From: Terriglobia bacterium
GTDB lineage: Bacteria; Acidobacteriota; Terriglobia; Terriglobales; Acidobacteriaceae
Reading direction: 5' to 3'
Assembly: GCA_963711365.1 (NCBI GenBank)
Contig: CAVQDY010000015.1
Coordinates: forward strand, 170,376 to 234,375
DNA length: 64,000 nt
A program made the translations under genes and the position numbers. The notes under the pieces were generated by a model. That model searched no databases. It had not been told where the DNA came from and saw only the letters and a list, made by a program, of their open reading frames with translations. Of the stretch, positions 46,206 to 55,219 are shown piece after piece. How positions within the stretch are numbered: position 1 is the stretch's first letter; each line of letters begins with the position of its first letter.

Positions 46206-46521
46206 CGCTTTTACCCCTACACATCTTAGTATTGCGAAAGAGTAGCCCTAGAAGTGTATGGGTGTCAATTGTTCAATGACGGGCAACCGGAAGTGGTGCT
46301 CCAAAGCCGACGTTTACAAAGGGTGCCACCAGGAATACATTTCCGCGATTTTCCACAGCCAGCGAAAGAAAAAGCCAATTCCTTGTGACATGTGACCTTG
46401 ACTGAAGATATAGACAGCGCACAATGGCATCGTGCCCTGTCGCATCGTAGACTCTTCGGAAAACAAGCAGACGGTTGCCGGGCTTTCGACGCAATGCCCT
46501 TGCGGGAAGTCCCTTCGCTTG

Positions 46522-46706
46522 AAGATTTTGCGAGTAACTCCTTATTTTACAAGATTTTGCGATCCACCACGAGGATGTGAATCACGAAGTCATTTGAATT
46601 CAATCAGTTACCGTAATCGCGAAATTTCGGAGGCACCGGACACCCTACTTAAGTCGTTTGATTCCAAGATTTTGCGCGTAACTCCTTATTTCACAAGAAT
46701 TTGCAG
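46522..46706 (+). repeat. Two 41-nt direct repeats (about 37/41 identical) 144 nt apart in an AT-rich spacer
   Basis: DR1 at 46522-46562 is AAGATTTTGCGAGTAACTCCTTATTTTACAAGATTTTGCGA. DR2 at 46666-46706 is AAGATTTTGCGCGTAACTCCTTATTTCACAAGAATTTGCAG. A partial third TAACTCCTTTAAAT lies at about 46731. Confidence 0.8.
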
Positions 46707-46847
46707 AGGAAAGTGTAGATTGAAATTGCTTAACTCCTTTAAATCTCATAATTTGGACCTGTCGACCTAAAAATGAAAGATATACCAAATCCGTCGCAAG
46801 CCTGCACTCGGCACCGCACCTCGCGCTGCCAACAATGGAGGGGGACC

Positions 46848-47579
46848 ATGAGATCACTCGTCTGTAAATCGCTTCTTATTTCCGTTGCTCTGCTGCCCAT
46901 TCTCGTTCACGCTCAAACCATCACCTGGGCCAATCACACTTGGAAAGTCACCAGCGGAGGCATGGCCGGCGTGGCGCCTGGGAATCCGGCCAACGTCACC
47001 ATCGACGCCAAAGGATATCTGCATCTCCGCATCGTCCATCACAAACGGAAGTGGACGGCCGCCGAGGTCTTCACCACCGACAACTTTAGCTTCGGCACTT
47101 ATCAATGGGTGGTCGAAGGCAACGTCTACGACATGGATCCCACGACCGTGCTCGGCCTGTTCCCCTACGGCCCGACTCATCACTTTGGCGGCGACGCCGA
47201 GAACGAAATCGATATCGAGTTCTCGCAATGGAATAAGACTTGTCACGGCTGCAACGCCGATTTCACGGTCTATCCATCCGCCGGCAACCGCAAGCCCAAA
47301 GGCGAATCCGCATGGGAAGATAATTTCCACGTCACTGGCGGAACCCTCACCACGGCGAGAATGCAGTGGTTCCCCGACCACATCGTCTTTACGATAATGG
47401 ATGGCGCTCAACCGATCGGCACGACGGCGAACGTGATCAAGACTGAAACCTACTCATCCGACGCAACCAACATTCCGCAAGTCGCGATTCCCGTCGGCAT
47501 CAATTTTTGGTGTTTCAAACACACGCCCGCGAAGGATCAGTCCGTCATCATTCGCGATTTCCAGTTCGTGCCGCAGTGA
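46848..47579 (+). CDS. Secreted glycoside hydrolase family 16-like protein
   Basis: I place the start at ATG 46848 because of the GGAGGGGG upstream. It has a signal peptide and the catalytic-type motif ENEIDIEF (ExDxE) in a ConA-like jelly-roll context. Confidence 0.75.
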   Translation: MRSLVCKSLLISVALLPILVHAQTITWANHTWKVTSGGMAGVAPGNPANVTIDAKGYLHLRIVHHKRKWTAAEVFTTDNFSFGTYQWVVEGNVYDMDPTTVLGLFPYGPTHHFGGDAENEIDIEFSQWNKTCHGCNADFTVYPSAGNRKPKGESAWEDNFHVTGGTLTTARMQWFPDHIVFTIMDGAQPIGTTANVIKTETYSSDATNIPQVAIPVGINFWCFKHTPAKDQSVIIRDFQFVPQ

Positions 47580-47586
47580 TCTGCAC

Positions 47587-48633
47587 TCAAGCCAGCAACG
47601 AGAGTTGTCCGCCCGGCCCAGGATTTTCGTCATCTTCCGCGGGATCGGCGAACCTCCGCAGCTCCGGATACTTCCGGATGAGCGTGGGCGGGGCAGCCAC
47701 GCGCTTGCCGCTGATCATCGATTTCAATTCGATCGCGTTCACTCCGGCTTTGCTCTCGAAATGATTGTTCGTAATTACGTACGTGGTCTGTGCCCTGTGG
47801 GCAACGTTCTCGATGCGCTCTTTCCAGTCTTCCAACTCGCGTTCTTTGTAGAGGTAGTTGTAGCGGTCGTTGCGATTGTCGGAGTCGAACCACTGCTCGT
47901 AGTTGCGTCCATGCAGGCGCACGTAGGCGATCGGCGCCGTCACATGCTCGGTCGGCGCGAGCGACTTGCCCATCACCGGCTGATCGATATTGCAGAAGGC
48001 GATATTGTGGCGCGCGAACTCGGCAAGCGTTTCTGGATTGTTCCAACTCGAGTCCCGCACCTCGACCACTCGCGGATACTCGATGAATTGTCGCAGCAAT
48101 CGCTCCAGGTATTCGCGATTCAAAGACGTGTTCTTGAACGAAACTGGAAACTGGATCAGCAGCGCTCCCAGCTTGTTTTCGTTCGCCAGCGAATCGAGTC
48201 CTTCGCGAGTCTTGCTCTCATCTTCGTCCGTCGGACGAATCGTCGCCGCCGAGGTCGGTTCCATCACCGCGATCGGCGAATGCGTGAACGCCTTATAAAG
48301 CTTGGCGGTAAACAAAAACTTCGGATTGATGGCCGCGACTTTTTTCGACCAAAGCTTCCCCAACTCGGGCTTTAGCGGTCCGTAGAACGAAGTATTGATC
48401 TCGGTGGTATCGAAGAAGCGGGCCAGATATTCCAGCGGATGCACCTTCCGCCGCTGCATTCCCGGCGGATAGAAGATGCCTTCCCAATCTTTATAAGACC
48501 AGCCGGCGGTCCCGACGCGGATCGATGTTGATGCAGAAGCCTCGGCAGAGGTTCGTTCCGATGGACCTTCAGAGTCCGGACGATCAGAGGCAGCGCGGTC
48601 GGAAGAAAGACGATCTGAATCGGCAGGTTCCAT
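47587..48633 (-). CDS. DUF72 (UPF0759) family protein with Ser/Asp/Arg-rich N-terminal extension
   Basis: VGTAGWSYKDWEGIFYP is the hallmark DUF72 start. I chose ATG 48633 so that the gene does not overlap the amidase gene. Confidence 0.8.
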   Translation of the reverse strand: MEPADSDRLSSDRAASDRPDSEGPSERTSAEASASTSIRVGTAGWSYKDWEGIFYPPGMQRRKVHPLEYLARFFDTTEINTSFYGPLKPELGKLWSKKVAAINPKFLFTAKLYKAFTHSPIAVMEPTSAATIRPTDEDESKTREGLDSLANENKLGALLIQFPVSFKNTSLNREYLERLLRQFIEYPRVVEVRDSSWNNPETLAEFARHNIAFCNIDQPVMGKSLAPTEHVTAPIAYVRLHGRNYEQWFDSDNRNDRYNYLYKERELEDWKERIENVAHRAQTTYVITNNHFESKAGVNAIELKSMISGKRVAAPPTLIRKYPELRRFADPAEDDENPGPGGQLSLLA

Positions 48634-48715
48634 CGGCAAAGGCAGGCAGCACCCAACCGGAAGCGTAGCACAGGAAGACGTGACGAAAGGAACCTTGTGA
48701 CCGATCAAATGACCG

Positions 48716-50518
48716 TCAAGAGAGCTGGTGGAGATCCGGACGCTCCGCTGATACGCCGAACGCGCGTTGCAGCGCGATGCCCACTGTTCCAATCGTCCCT
48801 TCATCGAACAGGCGGCCGATCAACGTGACCCCGTGCGGCACACGCCGTGGCGGATTGAATGTCGGCAAAGGATGTTCAGGGTCAGGCGCCCAGTCACTGC
48901 GCGCCTTGGACACCTCGACGAATCCAGCACGCAGGGTGAGCGAAGGATGTCCAGTGAAATTGGTGATGACCAGCATCTCGTCACGCAGAGAAGGCACGAG
49001 TAGAAGATCCACTTGGGAGAAGATGCGAGCCATTTCCTGCGCAACTTTGCGGCGCATGCGGTCGGCCTGCACAAAGTCGACGGCTGAGAGAAATCGCGCC
49101 TGCCGGAAAAGATTGGGCCACGCGTCGGGAACCTGCTCTTTCAATTCGCGCAAGCCGCCGCTCAACGTGAACTCCTCGAACGCGGCAGCGCCCTCGGCGA
49201 AGAGGATGAGGTTCAACGAATCGTAGGGCCAGTTCGGTAAGGACACTTCGATTGGGACCATGCCAAGTTTCTTGACGGTTTCGAGCGCGCTTCGATCGAC
49301 GTCGGTTGCGGGGCGCTCGTTCATCCAGGCAGGGAAGTAGCCGACGCGCAGACCGTGCACGCTGGCATTTGCGTCGAAGTCGAGATGGCTGGGAACACTG
49401 GCCGTGTCTCCGGGGTCTGGTCCCGAGATCGCATGCAGCACCAACAGCGCGTCTTCCACTCCCCGAGTCATCGGCCCCAGTTTGTCGAGGGACCAGCAGA
49501 GCGTCATTGCTCCCGTGCGCGGCACGCGGCCGTATGTGGGACGAAGTCCTGTCACGCCGCAGCGCATGGAAGGACTGACGATGCTTCCCCCGGTTTCGCT
49601 TCCAATAGAAAATCCGACAAGTCCAGCAGCGGTTGCGGCGCCCGGCCCGGCGCTCGATCCTGAGGCGCCCTCTTCGGGCAGCCACGGGTTCATCGTCTGC
49701 CCGCCAAACCATATGTCGTTGAGTGCGAGCGCGCCCATGCTGAGCTTCGCAACCAGAACTGCTCCGGCGTCGCGCAGCTTCTTTACGACAGCGGAATCGT
49801 CTTTCGGAATTCGATTCCGATAGGGCTCGGCGCCGTAGGTTGTGGGAATGCCGGCGGTGTCGAGCAGGTCTTTGCCGCCCCAGGGGATGCCTTGCAGCGG
49901 TCCGCGATATTTTCCCTGAGCGATTTCTTGGTCGGCCTGTTTCGCTTGCCGTAACGCTAGGTCGCGAGTGATGGTGATGGCGCAGCGCAGCTTGGGATTG
50001 AATCGCTCGAGCCTCTCGAGATAAATACGAGTCAGGCGCTCAGACGTGAGTTGGCGGCTTTCGACCCAGCGCGAAAGTTGCGTGACCGGAGCGACCGCAA
50101 TGTCTTCATCATGCTGCGGCAGGGCAGTGCTCGAATTGCTTCTCACAAAGCGATCGTGCTGGGCGACTGACTTCAAGCCGGGAAGCATGGGGTCCCAGAC
50201 AGCCGCGGGCGCCAACGTATCTTCGAGTACGAGTTTCCGCGGACCGTTGCGCCGTTCATAGACGGATGCGAGCGTCTTGCGCCAGCTGGCCGCAGCCATG
50301 GCGCGTTCGGAATCAGTCAGCGGGAATTGAACCAATTTCTCGGCTTCGGCGAAGGTCGTGGTCGAGACTTCAGGTCCGAAGGCTGCTCCTGCACCGTAAG
50401 CGGTGGGTGCTCCCGGCGGCAGTTGAGTTTGATTCTGCGCGTGAAGGCGTGAGAGTGCGGTGGTGCCGAGAACTCCGAGCGAAGTGATGGTAAGAAATTC
50501 CCGACGCGACTTAGACAT
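48716..50518 (-). CDS. Amidase-signature family enzyme with Tat signal
   Basis: The start is ATG 50518 (MSKSRREFLTITSLGVLG...). The amidase signature is GSETGGSIVSPS, with a conserved Ser-Ser-Lys context. Confidence 0.85.
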   Translation of the reverse strand: MSKSRREFLTITSLGVLGTTALSRLHAQNQTQLPPGAPTAYGAGAAFGPEVSTTTFAEAEKLVQFPLTDSERAMAAASWRKTLASVYERRNGPRKLVLEDTLAPAAVWDPMLPGLKSVAQHDRFVRSNSSTALPQHDEDIAVAPVTQLSRWVESRQLTSERLTRIYLERLERFNPKLRCAITITRDLALRQAKQADQEIAQGKYRGPLQGIPWGGKDLLDTAGIPTTYGAEPYRNRIPKDDSAVVKKLRDAGAVLVAKLSMGALALNDIWFGGQTMNPWLPEEGASGSSAGPGAATAAGLVGFSIGSETGGSIVSPSMRCGVTGLRPTYGRVPRTGAMTLCWSLDKLGPMTRGVEDALLVLHAISGPDPGDTASVPSHLDFDANASVHGLRVGYFPAWMNERPATDVDRSALETVKKLGMVPIEVSLPNWPYDSLNLILFAEGAAAFEEFTLSGGLRELKEQVPDAWPNLFRQARFLSAVDFVQADRMRRKVAQEMARIFSQVDLLLVPSLRDEMLVITNFTGHPSLTLRAGFVEVSKARSDWAPDPEHPLPTFNPPRRVPHGVTLIGRLFDEGTIGTVGIALQRAFGVSAERPDLHQLS

Positions 50519-50783
50519 GATATAACGTTTCTTTAACGTGCTTTTTTGGCACACTGTTCTTGTGAAACGGTGATATTGGCGGAGTGCTATGCTAAGTGCT
50601 GCTTATTGTACGCAGGAATTGCTAATCTTGCCGACGCGCAAAGAATTTCAAGAGCTCGCTAAGCTCCGTAATGGGGGAGAGCAAAGAGGGGTAGCGTGTG
50701 TTGGAGGATGCTGGGTTGCTGCGAGGGCGGTAGCGGCTTGTGGTACTAGCGCGTAGCGCCACAGTGCTGCGCGCAGGAACAGA

Positions 50784-51671
50784 TCACCAGCGCGCAGTCA
50801 CAAACAGGCGGTGCGCTTTTGTCAGCGCGATAGCGCCTTCACGAAGCCGAACTTGAGCTTCATTACGGCGAACACGTGTTCCACTTGGATCGCCTTTGGA
50901 CTTGGTGGTTCTTCTCGCGTTCCACCTCGTCAATGCGGTCCTTGTAGCGATAACGCTGGTGGGTAAAGTTGGGCGTGCGGCGCGTGTTCGCGCAGCACCT
51001 CGCTTTGCCCGCGATAGGCTTGATCGCCCCACACCCGCGTCTCCTCGCCGTGCAGCAGATGCGGCAGAGCGCGAGAATCTGCCAGGTTCGCCGCCGTCGC
51101 CACCACCGAGTGAATCAGCTTGGTCTGGCTGTCCACTCCCACGTGCGCTTTCATCCCGAAGTACCACTGCTTGCCCTTGCGCGTCTGATGCATCTCCGGA
51201 TCCCGCTCCTGGCGGGCGTTCTTGGTGAACCCAGTGAGCGAATCGTCGAACGACCGACCGGTACTAGACGTAGCCTTCTGCTGCAAGTGCTCGCCCACCC
51301 GCTCAAACAGCCGCTCCCCCAACTCGTATTCCTCCAGCAGATGCCGGAACTTGCACACCGTGGTCTCGTCCGGCACCGGCTCTCGCCCCAGATCGATGCC
51401 ACAAACTGCCGCATCCCCGCCGAATCGTACAGCGCTTCTTCCACCCCAGGGTCCGACAGATTGAACCACTGCTGCAAAAAATAAATCCGCAGCATCCGCT
51501 CCGCTCCACCGGAGGCCGCCCATTCCCCACCTTGGCATACACCGGTTCGACCAGCGCACACAACTCTGCCCACGGCACCACTTGCTCCATCTCCTCCAAA
51601 AACAACGTCCGTCGAGTCTTCTTCGTGTAGCGCTCAAACCCGCTCGCCATCGCCAAGGTCTGCTGTTTCAT
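50784..51671 (-). mobile_element. Decayed IS5-family transposase gene (multiple frameshifts, no clear inverted repeats)
   Basis: Pieces lie in three frames: MKQQTLAMASGFERYTKKTRRTLFLEEMEQVVPW... / RMLRIYFLQQWFNLSDPGVEEALYDS / DLGREPVPDETTVCKFRHLL...ERDPEMHQTRKGKQWYFGMKAHVGVD...GDQAYRG / VEHVFAVMKLKFGF...KAHRLFV. Confidence 0.75.
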
Positions 51672-51712
51672 CTTCTATTTGTCCTCCGCCACCCACTCTA
51701 TCTTCAACACCG

Positions 51713-52123
51713 GTGGATATCAGAGAACTTATTCAGAGTCTCCTTAAAGAGGCCGAGCATCTGTATCAAAGAGGGCTGTACGATGGATGTGTGTATTTGT
51801 GCGGGTACGTTATCGAATTTGCCTTGAAAGCTCGAATCTGCCGAGTTCTGAAGCTGGATAAATATCCTGATGAAGGTAGGTTCAGCGAACTGTTTAAGAA
51901 GCATGACTTCGAGCTTCTGCGCCGACTTGCTGGGTTGGAACATAACAGGGAATTATCAAAAGGAACGCTCCTGGGTACGAATTGGGCAACAGCAATCGAG
52001 TGGAGTCCGGAGCGACGTTACACACCAGCGGGCACGGCCAATCAGAAGAAGGCAGGAGACGTTCTCGCTAGTATTAAGGATCGACCGAATGGGGTCTTAA
52101 CATGGCTGGCAAAGAGATGGTGA
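51713..52123 (+). CDS. HEPN-domain protein
   Basis: 136 aa with a GTG start. It shows the PF05168-like pattern AEHLYQRGLYDGCVYLCGYVIEFALKARI ... KKHDFELLRRL ... ERRYTP ... AGDVLASI. Confidence 0.65.
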   Translation: MDIRELIQSLLKEAEHLYQRGLYDGCVYLCGYVIEFALKARICRVLKLDKYPDEGRFSELFKKHDFELLRRLAGLEHNRELSKGTLLGTNWATAIEWSPERRYTPAGTANQKKAGDVLASIKDRPNGVLTWLAKRW

Positions 52124-52578
52124 CCAAGGGCACAAGGGAGAGAATCGGTGCTTTGTTAGGCCAACTCGCCCAAGAGAAGGGCAAGCTTCGGCTGGCAATG
52201 TTAGCTCAATCTTCAACCGATCTACCTGGACGTTGGAGTCTTGTTGTCACGGCTCCATGGATGGACGCCGAAGGCCCGCGTGCTGCTATCGGTGATCTGA
52301 CTGACAGGCTCCTAAAAAGTTTGGACAAAAAGGAACTCGCTGCCATAGATCGGGTTTCTGTTTTGTCGATGGCTGATCCATTCGTGGGGCAGATCATCGA
52401 ATTGTTGAACGACTTCCTGGGCGTTGACGTTTCGACGTTCGCAGACGGATTCTATGTGAGCAATTCACAGGTTCAGGACTGGGATCTCCCGCAAGCATTT
52501 GTTTTCGTCGCCGATCCTTCAGTTAAATCGAGGCCGCAGAAGCTAAACGGGACTCGCCGCAGGGCGTCTGCCCGCTAA
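52102..52578 (+). CDS. Hypothetical protein overlapping the HEPN gene (partner of unknown family)
   Basis: 158 aa. ATG 52102 (or ATG 52117) overlaps the HEPN 3' end. I see no recognisable nucleotidyltransferase (GS...SDxD) or DNA-binding motif. Confidence 0.5.
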   Translation: MAGKEMVTKGTRERIGALLGQLAQEKGKLRLAMLAQSSTDLPGRWSLVVTAPWMDAEGPRAAIGDLTDRLLKSLDKKELAAIDRVSVLSMADPFVGQIIELLNDFLGVDVSTFADGFYVSNSQVQDWDLPQAFVFVADPSVKSRPQKLNGTRRRASAR

Positions 52579-52592
52579 GCACAATCCTTTTG

Positions 52593-55105
52593 TTAGGCCA
52601 CGCTCGGCCGCAACTCCACTTTCTTTGTCGTGATAGTTACGCGCACTGCCGGCAGCTCAGGCCGAGGATAGGGCTTGCAATAAGCCTCAACCGTGATCGT
52701 CCCCGGTGTCCGAGTCGATTGCACAATCACCTGCGCCAGGCCATTGAACAGGCTGCGCTCCGGCTCCTTGTCCGATTCCTGACAATTGGGATCGCCGTTG
52801 CCCACGCCGATTAATGCGCCTTCACCGGTTACTTTGAAACTGATTTTGTTGTGCGCTGTAGGAATCGCGCGCCCTTCTTTGTCGAGCACCTCGACCGTGA
52901 GTACGGAGACATCCTGACCGTCGGCATTGATCTCCGTGCGATCCGCAGTCAGGTGGATCGCGACTGGATCTCCTGTAGTCTCGCGCTTCTGGGTGAGAAT
53001 GACTTTGCCATTCTTCGTGCCTCGCGCCTCGAGCACACCCGGCTCGTACTTAACCTTCCACTCAAGATGTGTCAGAGGGTCGACTTTCTGAGAACCCTGG
53101 CTCGTGCCGTTCAGAAAAAGTTCCACGGAATCGCAGTTGGAATGCACCCATACGGAGATGGGCTCGCCGTTGCGCTGATCCCAATTCCAGTGAGGAAGCA
53201 GGTGCAATACGGGCTCCGCTCCCCACCAGGATTTGTAGTAATAGAAGTTGTCTTTGGGAAATCCGCAGGTATCGACGATGCCGAATTGCGAACTGATCGA
53301 CGGCCAGCCATACGGCGTGGGCTCACCGCGATAATCGAAGCCGGTCCAGGCGAAACCTCCGGCCAGCCATTCGCGTGCGGCATAAAATTTCCACCACTCC
53401 TCTGCGAGCTGCGACCAGTCAGTATGGTTCAGGTCGTAGGCGCTTACCCAATTGCGGAGCTTGTCAGTCGAGTAAATGCCGCGCGTACTGACCGTGCTCG
53501 CGGTCTCCGAACCGACGCATCGGAGTTTTTGGGTGAGCCTTGTGCCACTCGTCGTGTACTTTCAGGTTGTAATTGAATCCCATCACGTCGAGTTGCTCGG
53601 GGAAATGAGTCTCGAACGAGGCATTCACTGCAGCGGTACACATCCGTGTCGGATCAAGCTCGTGACTCCGTGCAATCATGTCATCGATTACGCGGACACC
53701 CTGCGGCTGCGGCATCATGATCCACTCTTCGTTGCCCATGGACCACAGAATGATCGACGGCGAGTTGCGGTAGCGCTTGATCATGACTTCCAACTGCGCC
53801 ATACCCTCTGGATTGGAGCTCATCAGACGCGTCTCGCACATCATCATCATGCCCATACGATCGCAAGCTTCGACCCACTCGGGTGTGGGCATGTTGTGGG
53901 AAGTGCGAACGGCGTTGCCGCCCATGTCTTGCAAGACCGCGATGCGATAGGCCTGCAGACGATCAGGAAGCGCGGCGCCCACTCCGGCGTGATCCTGGTG
54001 GTTGCAGGTTCCTTTGATCGCAACGCGCTTGCCGTTGAGGAAGAAACCTTTGTCGGCGTCCCACTTGATGTCGCGCACGCCGAAAGTGATGCGCTCGGCA
54101 TCGCGCGTCTTTCCGGCGGATTCGACGGTCGCGACCGCCGAATAGAGATTCGGAGTTTCCGGCGACCAGAGTGCCGGGTTCGACAGGTTCGCACTTGCAT
54201 TGAATGTGGATGAGCCGTCAGGAGCGATGGACTGCGGAGCTGAATCAGCGCTGGCAACAACTTTTCCTGATGCATCGAAGATCTGCCAGCGCACACGGCA
54301 ACTTTCGGCCTGCTTGCCTTGATTTTGCACGATCGTGGCCAGACTCAAGGCAGCGCTGCTCCCCTTGATAGTGGGCCGTACGTAACTCTCCCAACGCGCG
54401 AGGTGAAGATTATCGGTCTTCGTAAGCCACACGTGCCGGTAAATGCCCGCGCCCTCGTAGAACCAGCCGTCGCCGAAGCTGGCGTCCATGCGGACGACGA
54501 GATAATTCTTACCGCCGAAATTGGCGAAGTCGGTCAGAGTCGAAGCAGAAGGGCGCGTAGCCATTGTCGTTGCGGCCGATAAAATATCCGTTCAGAAAGA
54601 CAAGAGCGCTGCGGAAGGCGCCATCGAACTCGACGTTAATGCGGCGTCCCTCATCCTCTTTCGGTACGTCGAAGGTACGGCGATACCAGCCGATGCTGGT
54701 GTCGGGATAGCGTCGGCCAAGCGGCTTGTAGCCATGGCTCTGCTGCTCCTCGTCCCAGACGAAAGGCAATTCGACGGCCCAATCGTGGGGCAGGTCGAGG
54801 GCGCGCCACTTGGAGTCGTCGAACTTCCCGGTCGCGAATTCAAAGTCACCGCTCTTGGCGAAGTCCCCTTGTCCCATACCGAATCCAAGATCGCGGCGTG
54901 GGTCCGCGCCGTTTCCCTGAAAGAATTTCCATCCGAAATCGAAGAGAAGCTGGTCGCGGGGAGCGACAGCCGGCGAGCTCTGTGGAGATCCGAAGGCATA
55001 GCCACCCAGCAGCGCATGTGCGCGCGTGGCAGGACCGATCACCAGAGTCGATGCGGAAACCGCCAGGCCGGAACGGAGAAGATCACGACGAGTAAAAGAT
55101 GACAT
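52593..55105 (-). pseudogene. Glycoside hydrolase family 2 (beta-galactosidase-like) gene with Tat signal, split by two 1-nt frameshifts
   Basis: The gene is three colinear ORFs. The frames switch near 54536-54541 (...NGYAPF.FD|LTDFANFGGKNYL...) and near 53514-53520 (...HPKTPM|VGSETASTVSTRGIY...). The C-terminal frame stays open from about 53520 to 52593. Confidence 0.8.
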
Positions 55106-55219
55106 TGTTGCGCCTCACAAAAGTGGTATGAGTGCAACCGCGGCGCGGCCGGAACTACTGCAAGGCTTTTGCCCGCGGAACTGAGCATTATAAAGCGCGG
55201 GAATACGGTTGCAGTCTTT

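Noticed and set aside
46213-46264. An inverted repeat upstream of padR (TACAC ... GTGTA, CTTAG ... CTAGA) as a PadR operator.
   Set aside because: The arms align only with gaps and mismatches, and the spacing does not match the ATGT-N8-ACAT-type sites known for PadR proteins.
46432-46770. A 112-aa ORF containing the motif ILRVTPYFTR twice, which could be a repeat protein.
   Set aside because: The duplicated peptide simply mirrors the 41-nt DNA direct repeats, which are spaced 144 nt (48 codons) apart. The region is AT-rich with atypical codon usage, and there is no SD. I treat it as non-coding repeats.
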